From an uncultured bacterium (lineage in GTDB: Bacteria; Planctomycetota; UBA1135; GCA-002686595), in the NCBI GenBank assembly GCA_943787795.1, contig CALSNU010000003.1:352001-416000 (forward strand): a DNA stretch of 64,000 bases, written 5' to 3'. Positions 10,001 to 19,314 of the stretch are shown one piece after another. The notes below the pieces were generated by a model. That model saw only the letters and a program-made list of their open reading frames with translations. It was not told where the DNA came from and searched no databases. Each line of letters opens with the position of its first letter. Position 1 is the stretch's first letter. The position numbers were made by a program, and so were the translations under genes.

Positions 10001-13000
10001 CCCGTGCTCTCTTCGCCATCCGCAGCGCTGACGTACGGAATCGTGGATCAGGGCACCGAAGCGACCCTGGACTTCGTGGTCGTGAATGAGGGGCTGCACA
10101 CCGGTCAGCTCGATCGGGTGACTTTCGGAGAGCCAACGCTTGGGTCGAGCCAGGACTTCCGGATCGACCATGGTGGCACCTCTTACGTTGGGGGCGCCGG
10201 AGAGCGTTCCTACTCGATTGATCCACCGATCGTCGTGCCTCCTGGGTCAACCAGCGTCTCGGTGAAGTTCAATCCGAGCGAGCACGAGGACAATGTGTTC
10301 GATCTGACGTTGGAGTCCGTGGAGCGTGGTGTCTCCCTCGTCGCCAGCGTCGCGGGCACAGGCGGCGCGGAGGCTGGATGGGGCTTCTTGCATCCGGTGC
10401 CAGTCACTTTCCCTGACTATGTCATCGACTTCGACGGGGACGGCCTGGAGACCGTGATGCTGCTCGGCGCGGGGTCTCATACGCACGAGCCGGGCCGTCA
10501 GCTCTCGACGTTCATGTGGCGGGTCAACGGTTCAACGGTCGCTTCCACGGCAGACGCTGAATTCACTTTCCCGCTGGGTGATTCCGGCGTGGAGCTGGAG
10601 GTCGGTGACGATAACGCCGCCCCGAACTTCGCTGCGGACGGACTGACCGTGAGTGTCTTTGGCGCCGGAGCAGTGCCGGGTGCACTTGTGGAGTACTACG
10701 ACGGCTCGACCGCTGGGACGCTGTTCCTGCTGGACAATTTGCCTGCCGCCCCTGACTACGTGCAGCGCCTGAGCGGCCTGCAATTGTTCGCCAGCGGGGG
10801 CACGGTAGGTCAATCCCCGTTCACCGAAGAGGTCATGGTTCGCTGGAGTGGTTCCGTCGACCTCCCCGTGGCCCGCACGCTGGAGTTCGTGGCCACAGGG
10901 GGTGCCGACCGTCGCCTCTTCGTGGATGGCCTCGCCGCCGCCGGTCCGCTGGCCTTGGGTGCGGGAGCACACTCGGTGGAGGTCCGCTTTGCCGTCTCGG
11001 CACTCAGCGAGCTGCCGGTCGCGCTCGGGGTATATGAGAGCGGGAGCGTCGCTTCTGATATCGTTGATCTGCTCACCCACGACGAGTCACAGGTCGGGCC
11101 GGTCGTCCACTCGATGCCGACCGTGGGTACGGACCTCGGCGGCAACCGCATCGAGATCAACGGCTTCGGGTTCTTCCCCGGTGCGCAGGTGGTGGTTCAC
11201 TGGGGAGCCCAGGACTTCGCCCTGGCGGACTTCGACGAATTCTCGGCTGAGCGCATTGTCCTGACGTCTCCTCCTGGCTCGGGTGCCATCGCCGTGACGG
11301 TCGAGACTCCGAATGGCGTCAGCGCTGCGCGCACGTTCACTTACTCACCGACGGGTCCGATTCCGGTGCGCTTCAACCTGCTCGAATCGGCGGCGGCGGT
11401 CGTGAGCAAGGCGACGAGTGCAGCGTGGGGCCCCGACGGGAAGCTGTACGTGGCCTCGCTCGCAGGGTCGATCAACGTGATCACCTACGATGAGAACTAC
11501 AACGTGCTCTCGAACGACTTCAAGGCGGGTGTCTCCAACCTGACGAATCGAGATACCCTCGGCCTGGTCTTCAACCCCTATGACGTCTACGACCCGCTCG
11601 ACCCTTCGAGCATCAAGGTCTACGTTTCCCACGGGGAGCACTTCCTCAACGGCGGTGGCGCCTTCACAGGTTCGTCGAGCTTCGCCGGGCAAATCTCAGT
11701 TCTGACCGGGCCGGACTTTGACAGTCCTCTCCCGCTTGTGACCGGGCTCCCGCAGTCGAACCACGACCATGCAATCAACGGCATGTTCGTGGACGATAAC
11801 GGGGACATCTTGCTCTGCAGCGGGGGCAACACCAACGCCGGGATCAAGTGGCCGCTGAGCGGGGACGTCCCTGAGTCACCGTTGTCCGCGGCGCTCCTCA
11901 AGATCTGCATCTCCCGTCCGGGCTTCAACGGGAACATCCAGTACGAAGATTCGGTGACCGGTTCGCTCGTGGTCGACCAGGTGCTTGGAGAGCAGATTGA
12001 CGTCGTCAGCGGCGTGGATGTCGAGGTCTATGCGCCCGGCATCAGGAACTCGCTCGATCTCGTCGTTCACTCGAACGGGTACCTCTACGCGACGGACAAC
12101 GGACCGAACAACAACTACGGCCCGGCGTCGCTCAGCATGACCACGCAGGGGGGCATGCCACACCCGACGACGAGCGACACCCTCGAGCTCGTGGAACCCG
12201 GTCGTTACTACGGCTCGGCGAACCGCGCGCGGGGCCGCTACGACGGGCGTGAGGCGATCTTTCATGCGAACGATCAGCCTTCGATCCCGCACCTGCATGC
12301 TGCGCCGATCGGGTTCCTCTATGCGTCGTCCAACGGTCTGGAAGAGTACCGAGCTTCGACCTTCAACTCGGCGATGCGTGGTGACTTGATCGCCATGAAA
12401 TGGAACACCGGGGTCTGGCAGATCTCACTTAGCGAGACGGGGCGTGAGGTGACCTCGACTGTGCTGCACAACGTCGCCACCGCTCCGTTCCCCCGCAATC
12501 GCGGCCTGGACGTGGTGGCGGGGCCAGGGGGCGTATTGCTTGCCATTGACTACAACGGGAATCGGGTGCGCGCACAGGTTCCGGACGACGCCGCGGCGAT
12601 CGGTTTGACCCCCTACGACATCTTCCCGTGGCGGGCTCCCGCGACCGGGGGCCAGCGCTTTGTACTGGGGGGCCAGAACTTCGGGACCAATGTCGCAGCG
12701 ACCAGCGTCTTCATCGGAGGGGTTGCGGCCACCGTGACCTCCGTGTCGGATGGCCGGATCGTGGGGGTCCTCCCGCCCAGTGCATCAGGGGAAGCGACCG
12801 GAGCCCTCGATGTTGAGCTGCAGATTGGGCTGGACTCCCGGACGATTCCGGGCGGCTTCCGTTACATGCCGCCGGCGCCGGGGATGAAACTTGGCACCTG
12901 GCGTGAGGCAGAGCCGGCGCCAATTGGCGTCGCCGAGGTCAGCGGCGCCGAGATCGATGGTGACCTGTTCCTCTTCGGGTCCGGCTCGAGCCAGACGCTT

Positions 13001-13762
13001 GCGTACGACGTGCTTCAGGGCTCCTACTCCGTCGGTCGCGCGGGCCGTCCGTTCACCGGGGGAGGTCACTCAGCTGTCGCGGCGGACGGTTTGCTGTACC
13101 TCTTCGGGGGCTTCGGCGCTGGCGCTGCCGGCAAGGTCCAGATCTACGATCCGGTCTCTGACACCTGGAGCATGGGGAGCCCCATGCCCTGGGACGCGGG
13201 CGGCTGCTCTGCGGAGTTCGTGGACGGGCTGATCTACGTCGGGGGCGGCGTTGCCCCCTCGGGGGGCACGGTGAGTAATTTTGCCTCTTACGACCCCTCC
13301 CTGGATAGCTGGTCGCCGCTGCCGGCTCTACCGGCCGGGGTTCACCTCGCGGCGTCGGGCTCGAATGGGGAGCGGGTCTTCATCATGGGGGGGCGTACGG
13401 GCATCCTCGGGCCTCAGGCTGGAGTGAACTTGGTCCAGGCCTTCGATCCCGCCACCGGGATCTGGGAGTCCAGCGCCGCCGGGCAGCTCGCGCCGCTCCC
13501 GCTGCCGAGGTCCTCCACCGGGCCCGCGATCTTCTGGGATGAAGAGCTCTACGTCTTCGGGGGCGCGGACGCCTCCTCGGCCTTCACCGAGGTTCAGGTC
13601 TACGACCCCGCGAGCGACTCGTGGCGAGCGGACTCATCCTTGCAGGGGCCCCGGCAGGGGGCCTGCGCCTTGCTCTTCGAGTCGAGGATGTTCCTGATCG
13701 GTGGCTCGGACGACCCGCTGGCTTCGCCGCTTCAGACAGGAGAAGTGTTCTCACCTCGCTGA
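7091..13762 (+). CDS. Giant secreted multidomain protein: 6 Calx-beta repeats, Ig-like (ASH-type), malectin-like, Ig-like, PKD-like, PA14-like, IPT/TIG, sorbosone-dehydrogenase-like propeller, IPT/TIG, Kelch propeller
   Basis: 2223 aa with signal peptide; six ~110-aa repeats (F...E..G...IPAG...DD...E..E...I.DD); malectin-like segment LPNGTYEVRI..E...GQRLFDV..EG..VIIDDLDL; GG..IEING.GF and GGQRFVLGGQNF IPT motifs; GIRN..DL/YATDNGPN propeller motifs; Kelch repeats (LY.FGG...YDP..D.W). Confidence 0.8.
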   Translation: MTLTHRLFAAASLCAAPLLASATPTDPGGMLNPEVAFVGASTAVLESAGSVAVEVALSVASSQDVIVPFSVGGSATAADASVGSSPLVIPAGQQSGWVVVSVTDDAESEGTERVVLTLGAPTGGLLGATAVHEVVIEDNEPAATLGFDLSASALAEGAGIATLSLTLSSARTEDVVLDFTLSGAATPGGVDVTVTPASQLLIPGGSLTASIAASVVNDPMDEPDEDLRVSFGALENAVYGAITTHDLTILDDDDAPSISFASGGATVVEDDPVAALGIELSAVSGFNVTVPITASGSATEGADFVFAPASLTIPAGSSAGAVDVTILDDTDLEGAETAVFSLGTPTGATPGAIPTATLLIIDDDGPQPSLSFSSPASVVDEAAGIQSLAVQLDGYASEPVTVDLTLGGTAQGGLDVNLLTTSLSIPVGALGGIVQVEVLEDTDPEPSETAVVTLVGPVGAGLGSPDSHVLTITDNDTLPVVTFAAPASSLLESAGPIAIGVELSAAASSDVTVSLLLSGSATPGGVDLDLLPQPLVIPAGATAGQFDVTLVDDALYEGDEELVIDLGAVTGATAGASATHVLTLVEDDPMPVVQFPAFRTVVDEASGGFNLRVELNTVSGLDVVAPFQVSGEAAGPGDISFAAGPAVIPAGATAVDIPITVVVDRLPEPGERALFTLLDGGAPGVGAPEGATLGAGSSFLVMLSDGNMGPLAKAPPLAPSVTSLAFDQIRAGESSVADTVFFTNLHSAPVTLTELVVRGGGAFSTASQSALPLVLAPAESVGVDVQFVPLAAGPTNSTLSARQAGQGAPPLEVNLSARALGPTGADLLFTAAPEAFVEAGGEVWVQEYGFNGGALARLTDPVQGTDLDGLFQWVRTGTQFGYSMPLPNGTYEVRILAWEPVKQGPGQRLFDVLAEGAVIIDDLDLFAEVGRFSAYSSDPFEITVADGVLDLSFDASVAQALVSAVSVRSMPVLSSPSAALTYGIVDQGTEATLDFVVVNEGLHTGQLDRVTFGEPTLGSSQDFRIDHGGTSYVGGAGERSYSIDPPIVVPPGSTSVSVKFNPSEHEDNVFDLTLESVERGVSLVASVAGTGGAEAGWGFLHPVPVTFPDYVIDFDGDGLETVMLLGAGSHTHEPGRQLSTFMWRVNGSTVASTADAEFTFPLGDSGVELEVGDDNAAPNFAADGLTVSVFGAGAVPGALVEYYDGSTAGTLFLLDNLPAAPDYVQRLSGLQLFASGGTVGQSPFTEEVMVRWSGSVDLPVARTLEFVATGGADRRLFVDGLAAAGPLALGAGAHSVEVRFAVSALSELPVALGVYESGSVASDIVDLLTHDESQVGPVVHSMPTVGTDLGGNRIEINGFGFFPGAQVVVHWGAQDFALADFDEFSAERIVLTSPPGSGAIAVTVETPNGVSAARTFTYSPTGPIPVRFNLLESAAAVVSKATSAAWGPDGKLYVASLAGSINVITYDENYNVLSNDFKAGVSNLTNRDTLGLVFNPYDVYDPLDPSSIKVYVSHGEHFLNGGGAFTGSSSFAGQISVLTGPDFDSPLPLVTGLPQSNHDHAINGMFVDDNGDILLCSGGNTNAGIKWPLSGDVPESPLSAALLKICISRPGFNGNIQYEDSVTGSLVVDQVLGEQIDVVSGVDVEVYAPGIRNSLDLVVHSNGYLYATDNGPNNNYGPASLSMTTQGGMPHPTTSDTLELVEPGRYYGSANRARGRYDGREAIFHANDQPSIPHLHAAPIGFLYASSNGLEEYRASTFNSAMRGDLIAMKWNTGVWQISLSETGREVTSTVLHNVATAPFPRNRGLDVVAGPGGVLLAIDYNGNRVRAQVPDDAAAIGLTPYDIFPWRAPATGGQRFVLGGQNFGTNVAATSVFIGGVAATVTSVSDGRIVGVLPPSASGEATGALDVELQIGLDSRTIPGGFRYMPPAPGMKLGTWREAEPAPIGVAEVSGAEIDGDLFLFGSGSSQTLAYDVLQGSYSVGRAGRPFTGGGHSAVAADGLLYLFGGFGAGAAGKVQIYDPVSDTWSMGSPMPWDAGGCSAEFVDGLIYVGGGVAPSGGTVSNFASYDPSLDSWSPLPALPAGVHLAASGSNGERVFIMGGRTGILGPQAGVNLVQAFDPATGIWESSAAGQLAPLPLPRSSTGPAIFWDEELYVFGGADASSAFTEVQVYDPASDSWRADSSLQGPRQGACALLFESRMFLIGGSDDPLASPLQTGEVFSPR

Positions 13763-13844
13763 TCCGAGTCCGTACCCTGCGAGCCGCGGTCTTCTCATCG
13801 GGAGAGCGCGGCTCGCGGTCGTTGCGGCGCGCGTGTGAACCCTG

Positions 13845-15812
13845 ATGGTGAGCCAGGAGCAGATCGGATCGAATGAGGAGCGCGGTGGGGCCCATGGCGG
13901 CGACCGCGGGGCGCTGCCCTGGTGGCGCGGTCCGGTGGCGGGCTCCTTCGTCCTCGCTGCAGCGCTCCGCGCGGTCTACGTGCTCGCGCTCCGTGACCAC
14001 CCGCGGTTCGAAGCTCCGACGATGGACGCTGGATACCACCTGGCCTGGGCGCGATCCCTGGCGGCGGGCGAGGTCTTCCAGGAGGGTCCCTTCTTCAGGG
14101 CGCCGCTCTATCCGTACTTCCTCTCCATCTGGACGACGCTCTCGCCTGACTCCACCCTCCTGGCGAGGATGGTGCAGGCGGCCCTCGGCGCGGTCACCGC
14201 AGCCCTCACTGCGGGGCTCGCCCAGCGGATCGCTGGCAGGGCGTCGGCCTGGTGGGCCGGCGGCCTCGTGGCGCTGTCTCCGGTGATGGTGGCCTTTGAC
14301 GCCGAGCTGCTGATCCTCGCGCTCCTTCTTCCGCTGTTGCTCCTGGCGCTGGGTTGCTGTGTGAAGTGGGGCGGGGAGGACCGGCCCTGGGCTGCCATGG
14401 GGACCGGTGCGCTGTTCGGCCTCGCGGCCATCGCGCGCCCGAACGTGCTCCTCTTCATGCCGGCGCTCTTCGCGTGGACGCTCTGGCGGACTCGGAGGCC
14501 TGCCGCGGGCCTCGCGTTGGCCCTGGGCACCCTGGCTCCCATCGTCCCGGTCACGGTGGCGAATGCGCTGGCGGGGGACGCCGCGCTGATCTCCACCCAG
14601 GCGGGAGTGAACCTCTGGATTGGCAACAACCCCCAAAGTGACGGGGCCACGGCCATCGTGCCTGGGACGCGTCAGGGGTGGTGGGATGGGTACTACGACG
14701 CGGTCGCGGCGGCCGAGGCGGCGGAGGGTCGAGCGCTCAGGCCCAGCGAGGTCTCCCGGCACTACGCGGGGAGAGCGCTATCCTGGATGTTTGCCGATCC
14801 CGGCGCGGCCGCCAGGCTCCTGGCCTGGAAGGCACGCCTGCTGGTGACGAACGTCGAGCTCGCCAACAACCAGGACATCGAATTCACCGCCCGCCGGACG
14901 CTGCCAGCGCTGCGCTTCAGCCCCTCTCGGTGGGATCTCCTCTTCGGGTTCGGGCTCGTCGGGCTCGTGCTCGCCTGGCGCCGAGACCGCCGGGGGGCCG
15001 GGGTCCTCCTCGGGTTCATCGCGGTGTATGCCATCAGCATCGTGCTGTTCTTCGTGAACTCCAGGTTCAGGGTTCCGCTGATGCCCGCGCTCTCGATTGG
15101 CGCGGGGTACGCCATCGTGCAGATCGCGGCGGGGATCCGCGCGAGGGACCCGCGTGCGTGTGCGCTGGTGGGGGTTCCAGCGCTCCTCCTCATGGGGCTC
15201 AGCAACCTTGTCCCGGCGGCAGTCCAGGAGACCGACGCGGCGGGCCTCGCGGATCTTGGTCGAGCAGAGCTCGCCCGGGGAGACGCTGGAGCCGCCCTCG
15301 AGTTGCTCAGCGCGGCGACCTCCCAGGCTCCGCGAAGCGTCCAGGTTCGCATGGCGCTCTCCTCCGCGATCGTGGCGGCGACGGGGGACCACCAGCGCGC
15401 CCTCCGCTCGCTCAGGGAGGTCGAGGTTCACGCGAACTCCAGGGACCGCGCCGAGCTCGAGGCGCGGATGTTTGGTCTGCGCATCCAATCCGGCGAGGCG
15501 CCGCAGGTTCTCGCCGAGGTCGCCGCCGCTCGCCGCGCGCGACCTGGAGACGGGGCGTTGGCCTACCTCTTCGCCATGGCGCAGGCCGCATGCGGTCAGG
15601 CCACCGGCGCCATCTTGACGCTCGAGGGGCTGATCGACGCGGAGCCGACCAACCTCGCCGCGGCGATCTACCTCGGTCGGCTCCAAGAAGACCTTGGCCG
15701 CGTCCAGGATGCGGCAGCGACCTACACCGGCGCCTTGGCTCGGATCAAGTTCGCCACGCCTGAGGAGGCCTCGTCGATCGCCGCCGGGCTGGCCCGCTGC
15801 GCGCCGGAGTGA
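13845..15812 (+). CDS. GT-C (PMT/ArnT-like, GT39-type) membrane glycosyltransferase with C-terminal TPR region
   Basis: MDAGYH...FFRAPLYPYFL, ARPNVLL, GVNLWIGNNP.SDG and FFVNSRFRVP motifs; many TM helices; TPR-like helical C-terminus. Confidence 0.8.
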   Translation: MVSQEQIGSNEERGGAHGGDRGALPWWRGPVAGSFVLAAALRAVYVLALRDHPRFEAPTMDAGYHLAWARSLAAGEVFQEGPFFRAPLYPYFLSIWTTLSPDSTLLARMVQAALGAVTAALTAGLAQRIAGRASAWWAGGLVALSPVMVAFDAELLILALLLPLLLLALGCCVKWGGEDRPWAAMGTGALFGLAAIARPNVLLFMPALFAWTLWRTRRPAAGLALALGTLAPIVPVTVANALAGDAALISTQAGVNLWIGNNPQSDGATAIVPGTRQGWWDGYYDAVAAAEAAEGRALRPSEVSRHYAGRALSWMFADPGAAARLLAWKARLLVTNVELANNQDIEFTARRTLPALRFSPSRWDLLFGFGLVGLVLAWRRDRRGAGVLLGFIAVYAISIVLFFVNSRFRVPLMPALSIGAGYAIVQIAAGIRARDPRACALVGVPALLLMGLSNLVPAAVQETDAAGLADLGRAELARGDAGAALELLSAATSQAPRSVQVRMALSSAIVAATGDHQRALRSLREVEVHANSRDRAELEARMFGLRIQSGEAPQVLAEVAAARRARPGDGALAYLFAMAQAACGQATGAILTLEGLIDAEPTNLAAAIYLGRLQEDLGRVQDAAATYTGALARIKFATPEEASSIAAGLARCAPE

Positions 15813-15813
15813 A

Positions 15814-17622
15814 TCAGGCCTTCGGCGGCGTTTGGATCAGCGCGAGGTAGACCGTGCCGGCTCCCGCCTCGGGGCTGTGGTCGCTCGTGAACAGGTCGAG
15901 TCGCCCGTCGTCCATGACGCCGATGGGCGTGGAGTCATCGCCGTGCTCTGCTGAGAAGTCCTCGAGCGTGAACTCCTCGGTGAGGTTGGTCGCCTTGATG
16001 GTCGCCCCCCGGCGGACCTGCACGTCGAGGCTGGCGAGCGAGTGGTCGTCCCCGAGCAGGACCCGGCCCCGGAGGTCCTTGCGAATCTCATCGCCCGCGC
16101 CTTCGGCGGTGGCCGCCTGGAAGACCGCCGCGCGGCCGTAGAGGGACGAGAAGTGGGCGGCCGCCAGGGCATTGACCTCGTCGTTCGCGGTGAGCCCGAT
16201 GAAGCGCCCCGTACCGCCCAGCTGGAGGCCCTCCAGGAAGCTGCTGGAGAGGATCGAGCCGCGCCTGGCCCGGGCTCCGTCCATGCTCGCGGCTCGGACC
16301 GCCGCCCGGTTGGAGTCCACCAGGATCACCTCGATCGCCTGCGCCCGCAGCGCGCGCTCAAGCTCCCGGGCGAACGGGCCCGCGCCTGCGATGAGGGTGC
16401 CCTGGGCGTTCGGGTCGGAGATCCCCAGGCGCCGGGCAATGGGGCCGGCCGTGAGCCCGTAGAACGCGACGGTCCCGATGATGACGATGAAGGCCAGGGG
16501 CGCCATGAGCTCGGCGCCGGGAGCGTCGACCTCCTGGAGGCGGATCGCGAAGAGCGACGACACGGCTGCCGCCACGATCCCGCGGGGCGCGAGCATGGCG
16601 AGGAAGGCTCGTTCGCGGCCGGGCAGCCGCGTCCCCAAGGTGGAGGCGAGGACGCACGCGGGCCGGACGAGGAGGATCAGGGTCGCCACAAAGGCGACGC
16701 CGCGCCAGCCCGTGGCGAGCATGGCGTCCACCTCCACCGTGGCGGCGAGCACGATGAACAGCGTCGAGATCAGGAGCACCCGTAGGTTCTCCTTGAACTC
16801 GACGATGTGATGGACGGAGAGGTCGCTTCGGTTGGCGAGGATGAAGCCCATGAGCGTCACCGCGAGCAGGCCGGACTCGTGGGCGAGGGAGTCCGCGCCC
16901 GCGAAGGCCAAGAGCACGAAGCCGAGGGAGAGCGGGCTCTCCAGCTCGTCAGGGACCAGGTGCTTGCGGAGCGCCAGGCCTAGGATCCAGGCGCCAGCGA
17001 CCCCCACGAGGGTGCCCACCAGGGCGGTGCGGCCCAGGTCGAGGGCGGCGGTGCTCAGGGTGTGGCGTGCCCCTCCCGCGCCCGCGCCCTCGACGACGGC
17101 GTGGAGGACCAGCACGGCGAGGGTGGCGCCGACGACATCGACGACGATGCCCTCCCACTTGGCGATGGGCTCAGCGGGGCCGCGGGGCCGGATCTGCCGC
17201 AGCAGGGGGCCGATGACCGTGGGCCCCGTGACCGTGAGGATCGCCCCGAGGACCAGCGCCGTCTCGATGGGCACACCGGCGACGAGGTGTGCGGCCGCCG
17301 TGGCCAGGCCCCATGTGACCACGACGCCGACGGTCAGGAGACGCGTGATGACCGCCGCGTTCTCCCCCAGCTCCTTCAGCTTGAGCGTGAGGCCGCCCTC
17401 GAAGAGGATGACGGCGACGGCCAGGGAGATCATCGGGTCGAGGGCCGACCCGAAGAGCGCCCGTGGCTCGATGATCTCGAAGCCTGGGCCGAGGGCGAGG
17501 CCGACCACAAGGAGGAGCAGGATGGAGGGCAGTCGAAGGCGCCAGGCCGTCCACTGCGCGGCGACGCCCGCGAAGCCGATGAGCGCGAGGGCGACGAGGG
17601 GGGAGAGGGGCGAGATCGGCAA
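15814..17622 (-). CDS. CPA1 (NhaP-like) cation:proton antiporter with C-terminal RCK/NAD-binding-like domain
   Basis: LRLPSILLLL.G, ILFEGGL.L, TVTGPTVIGPL, APRGIVAAAVSSLF; C-terminal IAGAG..A and ANDEVN motifs. Confidence 0.88.
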   Translation of the reverse strand: MPISPLSPLVALALIGFAGVAAQWTAWRLRLPSILLLLVVGLALGPGFEIIEPRALFGSALDPMISLAVAVILFEGGLTLKLKELGENAAVITRLLTVGVVVTWGLATAAAHLVAGVPIETALVLGAILTVTGPTVIGPLLRQIRPRGPAEPIAKWEGIVVDVVGATLAVLVLHAVVEGAGAGGARHTLSTAALDLGRTALVGTLVGVAGAWILGLALRKHLVPDELESPLSLGFVLLAFAGADSLAHESGLLAVTLMGFILANRSDLSVHHIVEFKENLRVLLISTLFIVLAATVEVDAMLATGWRGVAFVATLILLVRPACVLASTLGTRLPGRERAFLAMLAPRGIVAAAVSSLFAIRLQEVDAPGAELMAPLAFIVIIGTVAFYGLTAGPIARRLGISDPNAQGTLIAGAGPFARELERALRAQAIEVILVDSNRAAVRAASMDGARARRGSILSSSFLEGLQLGGTGRFIGLTANDEVNALAAAHFSSLYGRAAVFQAATAEGAGDEIRKDLRGRVLLGDDHSLASLDVQVRRGATIKATNLTEEFTLEDFSAEHGDDSTPIGVMDDGRLDLFTSDHSPEAGAGTVYLALIQTPPKA

Positions 17623-17787
17623 GGGGGCTGCTGGGGCAGTGAAGCGGTCGGGAGGGGGCGCTTACGGGGAATCGTAAGACCGCTGTCAGCTCCCGGTCTG
17701 GTGGGCTCGCGCTTGAGCGCCGAGTGTAGGTTGCCCCTGCGACGATTTGGTGTCGCTGTTCCCTCGGTATCCTCCAAACAAGTCTCC

Positions 17788-18405
17788 ATGGTTCGCCTGA
17801 CTCGCTCCCTCCTCGCGCTGTCCCTCGCCACCCCCCTGGCCCTCGTCGCGTTCACCGGCTCGACCTCCGCAGTGCCCGGTGTCACGCCCGCGCCGGCGGC
17901 GGCGACGAGCTACGGAGTAGACATGGGGCACAGCACCCTGATGTTCCGCTGCAAGCACCTCGGTGTGTCGTATCAGTGGGGGCGCTTCGACGCCTTCAGC
18001 GGGTCGTTTACCCTCGCCGAGAAGGGCGCCGAATCCAAGGTCGAGATGGTCATCGACGCGTCCAGCGTCAACTCGAACTCCAAGGGTCGGGACGATCACC
18101 TGCGTGGCCCTGACTTCTTCAACGTGAAGGAGTTTCCGGAGATCACCTTCAGCAGCAAGGCCGTCACTGGGGACGGGGAGCGGTACTCGATCAAGGGGGA
18201 CCTGACCTTCCACGGCGTCACGCGAGAGGTCGAAATGGAGGTGGTCAAGGTTGGCGAGGCCGATACCCGCATGGGGCGCCGCGCAGGCTTCGAAGGTCGC
18301 TTCAAGATTGACCGGACGAAGTTCGGTGTGGAGACCTACAGCGACTCGCTCGGCACAGAGGTCACCATGACCTTCGCTATCGAGGGCATCGCGAAGGACT
18401 CTTGA
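17788..18405 (+). CDS. YceI family (polyisoprenoid-binding) periplasmic protein
   Basis: Signal peptide; HS.L.F..KHLG, G.F..FSG, RDDHLR.PDFF, GDLTFHGVTR, IDRT.FGV. Confidence 0.9.
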   Translation: MVRLTRSLLALSLATPLALVAFTGSTSAVPGVTPAPAAATSYGVDMGHSTLMFRCKHLGVSYQWGRFDAFSGSFTLAEKGAESKVEMVIDASSVNSNSKGRDDHLRGPDFFNVKEFPEITFSSKAVTGDGERYSIKGDLTFHGVTREVEMEVVKVGEADTRMGRRAGFEGRFKIDRTKFGVETYSDSLGTEVTMTFAIEGIAKDS

Positions 18406-19247
18406 TCGACCCGACGCCGGTCCTGGTCGCCTCGGCGGTGGTGCTCGCCGTGCTCGCCGCCGCGCTGGCGACGCGGGGCGACTCCGGGCGGGGACCCTTG
18501 GCGCTCGCGCTCGCGGCGCTGGCGCCGCCGGCGGCCGCCTTCACAACCCTCGCCGTCTTTGGCCGCGCCACGTCGTTCCCCCCGAAGGACTTCCTGGACA
18601 GCGTGCTCGCCGCGGGCGTCGTCGCTGTGCCCCTGGGGCTCATGGTCGGCCTCGGTGGATGGCGAGCGTTGCTGGGGCTGGTGGGGGCCGTCGGGCTCTC
18701 GGTTTGGCTGTTTCTCACCCGGACCGAGAGCCTCCACGAGCGCTATTGGGGTGGTGAGGTCGCAGGGCACGTCACGGTGCTGGTCGGCGGAACGGCGTTG
18801 GCGCTGCTGGCCCGGTGGGCAGCGCCGACGCGGGATCGCGTGACCGAGTGCTCACTGGGGTTCGCGCTCGCGGCGGTCCTCGCCGCTCCCGCTCTGGGCT
18901 GGTCTGGGACGTTGGTCTCGGCGCTGCTCGCCGCGACGATCAGCGCCAGTTCGGGTCTGCCGGGGCTCCTCCTCCTGGTCCGCCCGACGCTGCGGGTCGG
19001 CTACGCGCCGCTCTTTCGGGCGGCGGCGCTCCCGCAGGTGCTCCTGCTTGCCGGTGTCCTCGCCAACGGAGCGCTCTACGCCGAGACCCCCGCCTGGGCC
19101 GCGTTGACCCTCCTCCTGGCGCCGCTGGTTTGCCTCCTTCCCGGCGGCGGGGTCCGCTTCGCTGTCCTGCGGCTAGTGGCCGTGACAGGCGCCTGCGCAG
19201 CAGCGGCCTGGCTCTCGCAGGGGGAGCCCAACCCCTACGGCTACTGA
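18402..19247 (+). CDS. Hypothetical integral membrane protein
   Basis: Strongly hydrophobic multi-TM ORF whose TTG start overlaps the yceI stop (TTGA). Confidence 0.65.
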   Translation: MIDPTPVLVASAVVLAVLAAALATRGDSGRGPLALALAALAPPAAAFTTLAVFGRATSFPPKDFLDSVLAAGVVAVPLGLMVGLGGWRALLGLVGAVGLSVWLFLTRTESLHERYWGGEVAGHVTVLVGGTALALLARWAAPTRDRVTECSLGFALAAVLAAPALGWSGTLVSALLAATISASSGLPGLLLLVRPTLRVGYAPLFRAAALPQVLLLAGVLANGALYAETPAWAALTLLLAPLVCLLPGGGVRFAVLRLVAVTGACAAAAWLSQGEPNPYGY

Positions 19248-19314
19248 CGCGCCGACGGGCCCTCGCGGGCCCATCGGCGCGGTTGCCCTTGGGGCGTGTC
19301 GCCTCTGGTGGGGG

